From positions 10,726,001 through 10,790,000 of the forward strand of contig NC_043003.1 of NCBI RefSeq assembly GCF_006345805.1: 64,000 nt of DNA. Direction: 5' to 3'. The notes beneath the pieces are model-generated. The model had not been told where the DNA came from. It saw nothing but the letters and a program-made list of their open reading frames with translations, and did not search any database. Below, piece by piece: positions 1 through 11,978 of this stretch; the first letter of the stretch is position 1, and each line of letters opens with the position of its first letter. Source of the stretch: Octopus sinensis. Its lineage: Eukaryota. The position numbers and the translations under genes were made by a program.

Positions 1-364
1 CAACCACAAACCATTATTTAGAATATATTATGGAAACATGAAAGAAAGACCTTTAAGTAGGATAAATAAATATCAGTCACCGAGATGGTTGTGTGGTGTA
101 AGAAGCTAGCTTTGTAACCATGTGGTTTTAGGTTCAGTCCCACCATGCAACACCTTGGACAAGTGTCTTCTATTATAGCTCAGGGGTAGGGCGGCAAGCT
201 GGCAGACATGTTAGCACACCATCTGTCTTTACGTTCTGAGTTCAAATTCCGCCTAGGTTGACTTTGCCTTTCATTTTTTTGGGGTCACTAGATTAAGTAC
301 CAGTTACGCACTGGGGTCGATGTAATCGACTTCATCCCTTTATCTGTCCTTGTTTGTCCCCTTC

Positions 365-663
365 GTCACTGCCTGGAATCGAACTCGAAATCTTGGGGTT
401 AGTAGCCCATGCTCTTAACCCCAAGATTCCAAGTTCGATTCCAGGCAGTGACCTGAATAATAATAATAACAATAATAATAATAATAACAACATCGAAAAA
501 TACTTTAGGAGTGAGAACCCAGGTTCTAAATTTTCCCAAGACACCTGATGAAGGCTAGAGGGTATATCAGCTGAAACGTTGTGTTAACAACAAACAAGAT
601 GAGGACAAATATCCGTCAAATGTAAATAATGTAAATAATTCCTCATCTCTTAAATATAGAACT
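365..663 (+). mobile_element. tRNA-headed element with (AAT)n and a Penelope-like tail containing a hammerhead motif
   Basis: Collapsed palindromic tRNA-like head (GTTCGATTCC B-box), then (AAT)n, then a tail shared with 19813-20352 and 62920-63060. Confidence 0.7.
540..585 (+). ncRNA. Minimal type I hammerhead ribozyme motif (Penelope-type)
   Basis: GACAC-CTGATGA-A-GGCT..AGCT-GAAAC-GTT-GTGTT: conserved core CUGAUGA/GAAA, stem I GACAC:GUGUU, stem II GGCU:AGC(U/C), palindromic AACGTT in place of stem III. Confidence 0.65.
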
Positions 664-935
664 AAATTATTTCAAGTTCTCATGAATATATATCTTGTTT
701 TTTCCCCTGACCTACTTAACAACTGGTGTTGGTTTGTTTACATCCTATAAGCCTAGTAATTTTCAAATGCGACTACTTGAATAAGTAGCAGACTTCCCAA
801 AAAAAAAACATAAATACTAAAGTTGATGTGTTCAGTTAAACCCTCCAAAGATGATGTCCCAGCATGGCCACAGTCCAATGACTGAAACAAAAAAATACAA
901 ACGATAAATATTTTTTTAAAAATACAGAACCTGAC

Positions 936-1066
936 CTTAAAATCTTGCTCGAAATTCCACTGAAACGTGGCATCTTTATCAAGTTGCTCATTCTGAAATT
1001 TACGAAATTCTTTCTCGGCAAACTTCTTGGGTTTTCTATCATGACGGGCCCATAACCATGGCCTGT
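936..1066 (-). CDS. RLIG1: RLIG1 homologue, next coding exon (not in the ORF-track frame)
   Basis: Acceptor tttctctttgcAG and donor AAG|GTCAGG. The 131-nt exon starts in phase 1, matching the previous exon (G+AC=Asp). It gives DRPWLWARHDRKPKKFAEKEFRKFQNEQLDKDATFQWNFEQDFK versus recalled human [34 protein letters not shown]. Confidence 0.93.
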
Positions 1067-1434
1067 CTGCAAAGAGAAAAAAGGTCGTAAATAAATGTCA
1101 ATGTCAGGATTGTTATAAAGTTAGGAAGAACAATGAACATTTATAAATGAAAGGACATCATAGTTTTGATGGTGTCATATTTAATATTCCAGGGTGGCAA
1201 ACAAAGCATGATCCCATTGAGGTGAGATGCAGGTTTGCAGGCCAATTTCAAGTTGACCAAAGCCTTGTGGGTTTATTTGGGAGATAGAAACTGAAATAGA
1301 CCTGATGTGCTGGTGTTTGTGCATATATATATATATATATATTATAAAGGGTAAAATTAATTAATTAATTAATTAATAATCAATAATTTTACCAAGTAGT
1401 TTGGTATGTTAAAAGAACTATTATCGGTATACTT

Positions 1435-1845
1435 AAACAAAAATTTTTATAATTATGAGTATAATTATAATTAGGGTTCAGCAAAAAATTTGCTTCACCA
1501 CATACCGAAATTTAGAAATAGCAGTTAAAACTAACTATTTCTCTACCATAAGAAAATCTCCCAGATAGCAATACACAACACCCATGCACGTTATTTTTTT
1601 CTCTTTGCCTGCGTGGGTTGTTGAGTATTGCTGTCTGGAAGATTTTCTTGTGGTAGTGAAATAGTTAGTTTTAACTGCTATTTCTAAATTTCGGTATGTG
1701 GTGAAGTAAATTTTTTGCTGAACCCTAATTATAATTATACTCATCATCATCATCATCATCGTCGTTTAGCGTCCGTTTTCCATGCTAGCATGGGTTGGAC
1801 GGAGCATGGGTTGGACGGCTCATAATTATAAAATTTTTTTGTTTA
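1435..1845. repeat. Long foldback palindrome interrupted by a SINE tail
   Basis: About 1455-1587 is the reverse complement of about 1608-1743. The right arm resumes at about 1819 after a SINE insertion. Confidence 0.85.
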
Positions 1846-1856
1846 TATATATATAT

Positions 1857-3025
1857 CAGGTCATCCCCATAAGTTCTGTCCGAATTTTGAATAAAGAAAA
1901 CAAGTGATCAAATGTTATATTTAATTGAAATTTAATCATCAATGTACTTTCCCTGATTATCTATGACTTCCTTCCATCTATTTACAAGCTTTTTAATCCC
2001 ATCAATGTAAAACTCTTTTGCTTTCAAAGCGAAGAACTCTGAAATGTCAGTTTTGACCTCCTCCTGGCTTGCAAAAGTTATGTCCCCCAAATGATTCTGT
2101 AAACTACGAAAAAAAGAGTAGTCTGAAGGAGCAAGGTCGGGAGTTTTTTTTCCAACCAAGCTCTTCGATCTTCTGTGACGTGATCTTTACAGTGTGGGGT
2201 CATGCATTGTCCTGATGAAACATTACCCCTTTTCGATTCACTAAAGCGGGTCTTTTTTCCTTCAAAGCTTGGTTCAAACACTCTAATTGCCGATAGAAGA
2301 CTTGAGCATTGATTGTTGCATTAGGTGGTATCAATTCAAAGTGAATTACTCCTTTACAATCCCACCAGATAGAGAGAACATATTCCCCATGAAGTTCCCT
2401 TAATCGGTTGTGGTAGAGCTTTTTCCCTTTTACCAAGCCAGTGTTTACGACATTTAACATTTCGATAGAAGATCCATTTTTCGTCACCAGTCGCAAGTCT
2501 ATCCAAAAAGGGTGGAATGAGTTCACGAGAATGGAGAGAAGAGCAGATGTCAACTCGGGATTTGCGGTTGCTTTCAGACAATTCATGAGGCACCTATTTT
2601 CCAAGTTGTTGAAGATGATGATAAACAGTTGTATGGTTTGAACTAAGCTTTATTGCCAATTCTTCAACTGATAATGCAGGATTTTCTTCAAGTAATGCCT
2701 CAAGGAGCTTATCATCAAATTCAACTAGACGTCCTGTTCGATATTCAAGGCTGAAATCTCCACTTCTGAATTTTGCAAGTTCTTTCATTCAAGCATTCTT
2801 TCCCATAAACTGAGTGTATGGTTTGAGTCGCTTCGGCAGCAGACTTTCCTTTTCTGTACTCATAAAGCATTATGTGCCTTAAATGCTCTTTGGATATTTC
2901 CATGTTAGAAAGGGTTTTAATCAAAGAAATTTTAATTCTATTATTCTGTAAAATAATATTCAATTAGTTTAAATGTACACAAATGCATAAAAATAATTTT
3001 TAATTCCATTAGACATTCTAAAATA
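1857..3025 (-). mobile_element. Decayed mariner (DD34D) DNA transposon
   Basis: TA-flanked terminus (TA)TCAGGTCATCCCCATAAGTTCTGTCCG at the left end with a frameshifted transposase inside. The right terminus appears truncated into (TA)n. Confidence 0.9.
1932..2903 (-). pseudogene. Mariner transposase pseudogene (several frameshifts)
   Basis: ORF pieces carry mariner motifs in order: MEISKEHLRHIMLYEYRKGKSAAEA (HTH), FRSGDFSLE, HLQQLGK, PHELSE, TGDEKWIFY, WWDCKGVIHFEL, FHQDNA, PDLAPSDY, GKYIDD. Confidence 0.92.
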
Positions 3026-3026
3026 C

Positions 3027-3064
<38 letters not shown>

Positions 3065-3501
3065 TATATTATTATTATATTATTATTATTATTATTATCA
3101 TAATATATATATACACACAAACACACACACACACAGTGCTACCTGCCAGGCTCCCATGTTGGTGGCACATAAAAAGCACCCACTACACTCTCGGAGTGGT
3201 TGGCATGAGAAAGGGCATCCAGCTGTAGAAACCTTGCCAGATGAGATTGGAGCCTGATGCAGCCACCTGGCTTGCCAGTCCTCAGTCAAACTATCCAACC
3301 CATGCCAGCAAGGAAAGCAGACATTAAACGATGATGATGATGATGATGATGATCACACACACACGCACATATATATGTGTGTGTGTGCGTATACACACAT
3401 GTATATATGTATTATATATATCTATGTGTGTGTGTGTGTCTGTGTGTTTGTGTGTGCGTGCGTATGTGTGTGTATGTGTGTGTGTGTGTGTGTAGTGTAT
3501 G

Positions 3502-3536
<35 letters not shown>

Positions 3537-3553
3537 AGTGTATGTGTTTGTCT

Positions 3554-3592
<39 letters not shown>

Positions 3593-3628
3593 TGTGTGTG
3601 TGTGTGTGTGTGTGTATGTGTGTGTATG

Positions 3629-3666
<38 letters not shown>

Positions 3667-4551
3667 TATTTAGAAAGCCACAACAATGCTGGTGAGAGAC
3701 AAAAGAATAGAAAACCTTAACGGAACAAAAACAAAAGAGAACACTACACTTCTATGTTCTTTTTCGATACTTCTGTTACAAACCCCTTATCAAGAACAAG
3801 GGAGATACCATTCACAAGTCACATCTCACCCCACACTCCATATCTGTTCTGATCACTGCTACACTCATCTCGCTTTTATTCTTTTCTCCTCAGTTATGGT
3901 TTCTAAGCCAAACTATTTGAATAAAATGTAAAAACTGTAAACCTTTGTTCTTGTTTCCCTTGTCTTCTGGGTCTTTTATTTCCAGCTTGTATTGTTGTGG
4001 CTTTCTAAATCACTTTTAATTCTAGTTTATACAATGCTTCATCGAATGTCTGTTTATGTTATCATATTTATATAAATTTAATTACTGGTTTCTTTTTGCT
4101 CCTTTTCTGTTCCCTTTTCATTTCTAAAATTTCAGTTGTTTTGCCATGGTACCTGAGATGCATTCAGGTTTTGTAGGGAGTGGCTGCATGGTAAGTAGCT
4201 TGCTTACCAACCACATGGCTCTGGGTTCAGTCCTATTGCATAGCACCTTGGGCAAGTGTCTTCTACTATAGCCTTAGGCCAACCAAAGAATTGAGAGTGG
4301 ATTTGGTAGATGGAAACTGAGAGAAGCTTGTCGTATATATATATACTTGCACTTTTCATGCTAGCATGGGTTGGACGGTTTGACTGAGGACTGGTAAGCC
4401 GGGTGGCTGCACCAGGCTCCAGCCTGATCTGGCAAGGTTTCTACAGTTGGATGTCCTTCCTAATGCCAACCACTCTGAGAGTGTAGTGGGTGTTTTTTAT
4501 GTGGCAACAACACAGGAGCCAGTCACGTAGCACTGTGTGTGTGTGTGTGTT

Positions 4552-4599
<48 letters not shown>

Positions 4600-4601
<2 letters not shown>

Positions 4602-4903
4602 AGAAAACACCATCCGAGCATGGCCGTCAGCCAGCCTCGTCTGGCACCTGTGTCGGTGGCACATAAAAAACACCATCCGAGCGTGGCCGTCTGCCAGCCT
4701 CGTCTGGCACCTGTGTCGATGGCACATAAAATCACCCACTACACTCTCGGAGTGGTTGGCGTTAGGAAGGGCATCCAGCTGTAGAAACACTGCCAGATCT
4801 GACTGGCCTGGTGCAGCCTTCGGGCTTGCCAGACCCCAGTTGAACCGTCCAACCCATGCTAGCATGGAAAGCGGACGTTAAACGATGATGATGATGATGA
4901 TGA
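4600..4903 (+). mobile_element. SINE with RTE-like 3' end and (GAT)n tail
   Basis: GGCGTTAGGAAGGGCATCCAGCTGTAGAAAC..CCAACCCATGCTAGCATGGAAAGCGGACGTTAAACG(ATG)n. Further copies at about 3135-3350, 4350-4520 (inverted, adjacent), 8235-8635, 9385-9785, 23480-23635, 30480-30710, 31975-32330, 33360-33600, 48670-48820. Confidence 0.8.
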
Positions 4904-5046
4904 TATATATATACAATTTCTTTACTTGTGTGATGTTTTGCTATCCTGGTAACTATTTATCTATTTTTTCCGTGTTGTTAACAAGGGAAAAATACACTCA
5001 TCTATTTATATATTTATGTGTGTGTGTATGCGTGTGTGTGTGTGTA

Positions 5047-5086
<40 letters not shown>

Positions 5087-5367
5087 AGTATGTGTCTGTT
5101 TGTCTCCCCACCATTGCGTGATAACCAATGCCGGTGGGTTTACATCTCTGTAACTTAGCAGCTCAGCAAAAGAGACCTATAGAATAAGTACTAGGCTTAC
5201 AAAGAATAAGTCCTGGGGACGATTTGTTTGACTAAAGGTGGTACTCCAGCATGGCCGCAGTCAAATGACTGAAACAAGTAAAAGAATAAAAAAAAAGAAT
5301 AAAATAATATGTAGATAGGTGTGTGTGTGTGTGTGCATGCAAAGAACAGTGTATTTATGTCAGTGTG

Positions 5368-5403
<36 letters not shown>

Positions 5404-6324
5404 TGAATGTAAGTATATACATAAGACAAAATATGTGTCCATGTTTGTGCAACGCCATCACATGTAGTGTGTTAGTAGTTTGTGTGTGTGTGTGTAATTG
5501 TGTGCAAGTTTGGATATCACATGTAGTGTGTTAGTAGTTTGTGTGTGTGTGTGTGTAATTGTGTGCAAGTTTGGATATAGGGTTATACCTCATTTTATGA
5601 GGCCCCGGGTTTATGAGTTTTATTTTATAATAAATATAAAAAGGAGGTGAGCTGGCAGAAACGTTAGCACACTGGGCGAAATGCTTAGTAGTATTTCATG
5701 TGTCTTTATGTTCTGAGTTCAAATTTCGCCGAAGTCAACTTGGCCTTTCATTCCCTCAGGGTCAATAAATTAAGTACCATGCATGTGAAAGGGGGCTGGT
5801 GACACTGACATCTGTGTGTGTGCATGTGTAGGTTTGTGGATGATTAGTCCCACTTGCCACAGGTGCCGTGCAGTAGGACTGAACCCAGAGTCATGTAGTT
5901 AGCAAGCAAGCTTCTTACCACACAGCCATACCTGAATCCACATTAGCCAACATTGTTTACCAAGTGAACTCATTCCTCTCCAGTTACCATTCATTATGGA
6001 CATTGTCTGACAACATCACAGATTCCCAATATATTCTATTCATTCGTTTGGCAGGAGAAACACTCTCTGCTGCTGACAACGAACGTAGCATGTCTCTTCA
6101 TCTTGTTCACCATTCTTCTGGAATCTTGGCCACTTAAGAAATCAATGTATTTACCAATTTTCTTAATTAAAACAAAATCAATTAGGTTCAATGTATCTGA
6201 TTTGACATGTAGATATCCGGATGAGAAGTGGCTGGGCCGGCAACAAGTGGTGAGAGAAAGTGCCATAGTATGGATGTGTATAGGTGAAGATGTATAAATA
6301 TTGCAAGGGTGTATAAATAGACTG

Positions 6325-7110
6325 CTACCACCAACACTAGCATCATCACTGCAACCACCACCACCATCTGCTGCTGCAGCCACTGCTACTACCATCACCA
6401 CCACCACCACCACTGTCGACATCAATGCTACTACCACCAGCTCCATCATCCCTTCCACAACCACCAATCCATCACCCATTGCTGTCACAACTGCCATGAT
6501 TAATACAACCACCAACACCACCATCACCATCACTACCACCAACACAACAACCATCACAACCACCACCACCACCTCCACCTCCACCATCACCATCACCACC
6601 ACTGCTACCATCACCAATACCAACACCTTAACCATCACAACGCCATCACCACAACAGGCATCACAACCACCACCACCACCACCACTACTGCTACCATCAC
6701 CAATACCAACACCTTAACCATCACAACCAATGCCATCACCACCAGCAACACAACAACCACCACAACCACCACCTCCACCACCACCACTACTGCTACCATC
6801 ACCAATACCAACACCTTAACCATCACAACCAATGCCATCACCACCAGCAACACAACAACCACCACAACCACCACCTCCACCACCACCACTACTGCTACCA
6901 TCACCAATACCAACACCTTAACCATCATCACCAATACTGTCGCTGTCACCACCACCACCGATAGCATCACTTGCCATCACTAACACCATTGCTGCTGCAA
7001 CCACCACCACTTCCACCACAATCATCATCACCATCACAACCATCACCACCTCCACCAAAACCATTACCATCACCACCTCCACCACCACTATTACCATCAT
7101 CCCCACCACC
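6325..7110. repeat. (ACC/ATC) trinucleotide tract with ~108-bp higher-order copies
   Basis: ACTGCTACCATCACCAATACCAACACCTTAACCATCA recurs four times. Confidence 0.9.
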
Positions 7111-7675
7111 TGCTGAAGTTTGAATTAAATCTATCTCTGTCACTGAAAGTCCACTTATAATCCTCTTTTATCCCCTTCCTGCTTCCCACCCCACCAAGAT
7201 ACCCAACATACCCATCCATTAGCATATCTACCCAACATACCCATCACAATTAATTCATAGCCACCATTTGCCCTCACACACTGCACCCACTTCAACTCGG
7301 CCTCAACCACTCAACTGGAAATCCTGTGTGAGAAATGCACAGTCATTATGTGTGGTTGTCGCATTTCCTCTCGTTAGCCCAATAATTAATTACAATTAGA
7401 TTGCATGGCTGTGTGGTAAGAAGTTTGTCTTTCAACCACATGGCTTACGGTTCAGTTCCATTGCATGGTACCTTTGGCCAGTGTCTCGAAATACGAGACT
7501 AGAAAAACAGCCAACAACTGATGAAGGGTCATTCTTTATGTTGCTGGTTTTGTTTTGCATTTGTCTCTTTCGTTGTTCGAAAGAATAGTTCATGTTCCAT
7601 GTACTCGTGCTTCGTACTTTTTGTCGTACTCATTTCATGACGTTCTGTGCCCATATATGCATATATATATATATA

Positions 7676-7682
<7 letters not shown>

Positions 7683-7729
<47 letters not shown>

Positions 7730-8804
7730 ATAGATGTAAGTATGTACATATACATATGTATATATGTATAAATATATAAATTATTTATATTATTATATAT
7801 ATACATATATATATATATTCTTTTATTTGTTTCAGTCATTTGACTGCGGCCATGCTGGAGCACCGCCTTCAGTCAAGCAAATCGAACCCAGGACTTATTC
7901 ATTGTAAGCCTAGTACTTTTCCTGTCCATCTCTTTCACACCAAACCACTAAGTTACAAGGATGTAAACAGACCAACATTGATTGTCAGAGTAATGGTAGT
8001 GGGGAGGACAAACACAGACACACAAATACATACATATATATATGATAGGCGTCTTTCAGTTTCCGTCTACCAAATCCAGTCACAAGGCTTTGGTTGGCAC
8101 AAGGCTATAATAAAAGACACTTGCCTAAGGTGCCACGCAGTGGGACTGAACCTGGAACCTATGGTTGGTAAGCAAGCTACTTACCACACAGCCACCTCCT
8201 GTGCCTATATATACATATATATCGAAATTAAATTCGAAGATTGGCATCCGTGCTAGTGGAGCACCAAGAGTACCATACGAGTGAGATCGGGGTCAGATCA
8301 ACAAGCTGGCCTCCGAGCTGATGGCAGGTTAAAAACACCATTCAAGCATGATCATTTCCTGCATCGCCCTTACTGGCACTTGTGCTGGTGGCACATGAAA
8401 AAACATTCGAGCGAGGTTGTTGCCAGTGCCACTGGACTGGCTCCTGTGCAGGTGGCATGTAAAAAAACACCATTTTAGCGTGGCCGTTGCTAGTACCGCC
8501 TGACTGGCCCTTGTGCAGAAAGTCTGCCAGATCAGATTGAAGCCTCGTGCAGCCATCTGGCTCGCCAGTCCTCAGTCAAATCGTCCAACCCATGCCAGCA
8601 TGGAAAGCGGACATTAAACGATGATGATGATGATGATATATGATTGGCTTCTTTCAGTTTCCATCTACCAAATCCACTCACAAGGCTTTGGTTGGCCCAA
8701 GGCTATAGCAGAAGACACTTGCCCAAGGTGCCACGCAGTAGGACTGAACCTGGAACCATGTGGTTGGGAAGCAAGCATCTTACCACACAGCCACCTCCTG
8801 CGCC

Positions 8805-8854
<50 letters not shown>

Positions 8855-9951
8855 GTGTGTGTGTGTGTGTGTGTATGTATAGATGTAAGTATGTACATAT
8901 ACATATGTATATATGTATAAATATATAAATTATTTATATTATTATATATATACATATATATATATATTCTTTTATTTGTTTCAGTCATTTGACTGCGGCC
9001 ATGCTGGAGCACCGCCTTCAGTCAAGCAAATCGAACCCAGGACTTATTCATTGTAAGCCTAGTACTTTTCCTGTCCATCTCTTTCACCAAACCACTAAGT
9101 TACAAGGATGTAAACAGACCAACATTGATTGTCAGAGTAATGGTAGTGGGGAGGACAAACACAGACACACAAATACATACATATATATATGATAGGCGTC
9201 TTTCAGTTTCCGTCTACCAAATCCAGTCACAAGGCTTTGGTTGGCACAAGGCTATAATAAAAGACACTTGCCTAAGGTGCCACGCAGTGGGACTGAACCT
9301 GGAACCTATGGTTGGTAAGCAAGCTACTTACCACACAGCCACCTCCTGTGCCTATATATACATATATATCGAAATTAAATTCGAAGATTGGCATCCGTGC
9401 TAGTGGAGCACCAAGAGTACCATACGAGTGAGATCGGGGTCAGATCAACAAGCTGGCCTCCGAGCTGATGGCAGGTTAAAAACACCATTCAAGCATGATC
9501 ATTTCCTGCATCGCCCTTACTGGCACTTGTGCTGGTGGCACATGAAAAAACATTCGAGCGAGGTTGTTGCCAGTGCCACTGGACTGGCTCCTGTGCAGGT
9601 GGCATGTAAAAAAACACCATTTTAGCGTGGCCGTTGCTAGTACCGCCTGACTGGCCCTTGTGCAGAAAGTCTGCCAGATCAGATTGAAGCCTGGTGCAGC
9701 CATCTGGCTCGCCAGTCCTCAGTCAAATCGTCCAACCCATGCCAGCATGGAAAGCGGACATTAAACGATGATGATGATGATGATATATGATTGGCTTCTT
9801 TCAGTTTCCATCTACCAAATCCACTCACAAGGCTTTGGTTGGCCCAAGGCTATAGCAGAAGACACTTGCCCAAGGTGCCACGCAGTAGGACTGAACCTGG
9901 AACCATGTGGTTGGGAAGCAAGCATCTTACCACACAGCCACCTCCTGCGCC

Positions 9952-10000
<49 letters not shown>
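7683..10000. repeat. Near-identical ~1.15-kb tandem duplication of a SINE cluster
   Basis: ORF pairs offset by 1147-1149 bp (8281/9428, 8621/9768, 7840/8989); junctions lie in (TA)n(TG)n tracts. Confidence 0.92.
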
Positions 10001-10003
<3 letters not shown>

Positions 10004-10787
10004 TATATCTGTGTCTTTGGGTCTGTGTTTGTTCCTCCAACACTGCTTGACAACCAGTGTTGGTGTATTTATGTCCCTGTAACTTAGCAGTTCAGTGTGC
10101 ATGACTGATAGCAGGAGTACTAGGCTTTACAAAAAAAAAATCCCGGGTTCAATTTGTTCAACTAAAACCTCTCCAGGCCATGCTCCAGCATGGCTCAAGT
10201 CAAATGACTGAAACAAGTAAAAAAACTACAAGATAGTTGTAACTGAGTGTCACCACTATACAGTGTCCTTCATTTGCAGTCATCCAAGACACATCCTTAT
10301 TTGGAAACAGATGGGGGTTGGTGACAGGAAAGGTATCTGCCCGTAGAAAATCTGCCTTGACAAATTACGCACAACCCATGCAAGATAGAAAAGTGGACGT
10401 TAAATGATGATGAGGGGGATGATGATGACAACAATGATGATGGTGATGATGATGACGACAGCGATGAGGACGATGGTGGTGGTGGTAGTGGTGATGATGA
10501 TGATGATGACGATGACAATGATGATGATGATGTTGATGACGACGATGATGATGATGATGATGATGGTGCCAACGATGATAACACCGATGATGACAATGAT
10601 GGTGATGATGGTGATGATGACGACGATGATGGTGATGATGATGATGGTGGTGATGATAACAGCCATCCCATCAGCATCAATTACACAAGTCATCCTCTTC
10701 TCTCTCAACACTAGCAACTCCTATCAGAACTATTTCTTACTAAAAATAACGTTTATTTATAGTTTTCCTTTGTCTCTGTATGTGTGT

Positions 10788-10818
<31 letters not shown>

Positions 10819-10910
10819 AGTGTGTGAGCATTTATGTATGAGTGTCTGTGTTTGTGTGTGCGAGTGTGTGTATTTATGTGTATGTGTCATGAATGTAATA
10901 TGTATATGTG

Positions 10911-10948
<38 letters not shown>

Positions 10949-11179
10949 CAAAAAGTGCATATGTGTGTCTGTATGTGTATGTGGGTGTGTGCATGTGTTA
11001 TGGAGGGGTGTATGAGAATGTGTGTATGAATACCGTGTGTATATGTATGAGTGTGGTGTGTGAGTCTGGTATGTGTGTGCGTGTTGACGAAGTAAAGTGC
11101 TAGTCAACTACAGTTAATGTTAGAAGCAATCTTTGTTTATAAGAGTAACAATGTTAGTTATGTATTGAAGACATCAAAC

Positions 11180-11571
11180 AATGAAAGCATGTATCCCTGC
11201 CCCGTAAAATTCTGTTGACCGTTCTTTGAGCCACGTTCTTCACTACAGTTTTCACTTCTTCGTCACTGGACTATCATCTCTTCAGCCCCATGAAAGAGGG
11301 TTTGAAAGACAAACATTATTCCAGTGACGAGGAAGTGAAAACTGTAGTGAAGAAGTGGCTCAAAGAACAGTCAACAGAATTTTACGGGGCAGGGACACAT
11401 GCTCTCATTCGAAGGTGGAACATTGCTATTGAGAGAAACGGTGACTATGTTGAGAAGTAGGGATGTGATCTACAGAGGATCAGCTTCATTTTGATGTATG
11501 ATACATGTTCCTGTGTTGGTAATTATACCTGTCCTAAATAAAATGGCATTATTTTTTGACTCACCCTCATA
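11180..11571 (+). mobile_element. Mariner 3' fragment with a local inverted duplication
   Basis: 11269-11460 translates as DYHLFSPMKEGLKDKHYSSDEEVKTVVKKWLKEQSTEFYGAGTHALIRRWNIAIERNGDYVEK*. A terminus TTTTTGACTCACCCTCA-TA follows. 11180-11270 is the reverse complement of about 11320-11409. Confidence 0.85.
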
Positions 11572-11951
11572 TCTATAATAATAAAAGTGAAATTCTGTCT
11601 GTCCATCCATCCAGAACCCCTGTATCTCGGTCTATGTTTGCTCTTCATATTATACCCCTACATAGACATATCATACCTTAAACATCAGGATGACCCTAGG
11701 ATCAAAAATCTGCCCTTCATTTGGTCCTTGAATATCCAGCATTGGGATCAGATCTGGATGAGGATTTGTTACATGCTAACAATTGAAAATTCAAATTTTA
11801 AAAAGAACTCAAAAAATTGTGATCTTAAAAATTTTTCATTTAAATTGAATTTAAAGTAATACCATATTGGTAGGGGACCAATAAAGGCTTTATTATTATT
11901 GCTCCTTTTAGTTTTGGGTTGTAAGCCCAGCTAGCCCCCCATGAGAGTTAG
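11572..11951 (+). mobile_element. Helitron-like element
   Basis: A|TCTATAATAATAAAAGTGAAATTCTGTCTGTCC 5' end; the 3' end is degenerate (TTAG|T). Confidence 0.4.
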
Positions 11952-11978
11952 TATTAAAGTCCACATGGAGGGCATCTT

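Noticed and set aside
1932-2903. SETMAR gene
   Set aside because: No SET domain and several frameshifts; an ordinary dead mariner.
7330-7372. Hairpin GAAATGCACAGTCA..TGGTTGTCGCATTTC as a pre-miRNA, also a Su(H)-like GTGAGAAA site
   Set aside because: The stem is only about 14 bp, I recognise no mature miRNA, and a single short motif is expected by chance.
7488-7530. Permuted hammerhead (GAAA..CTGATGA)
   Set aside because: Could not build stems I-III around the two motifs.
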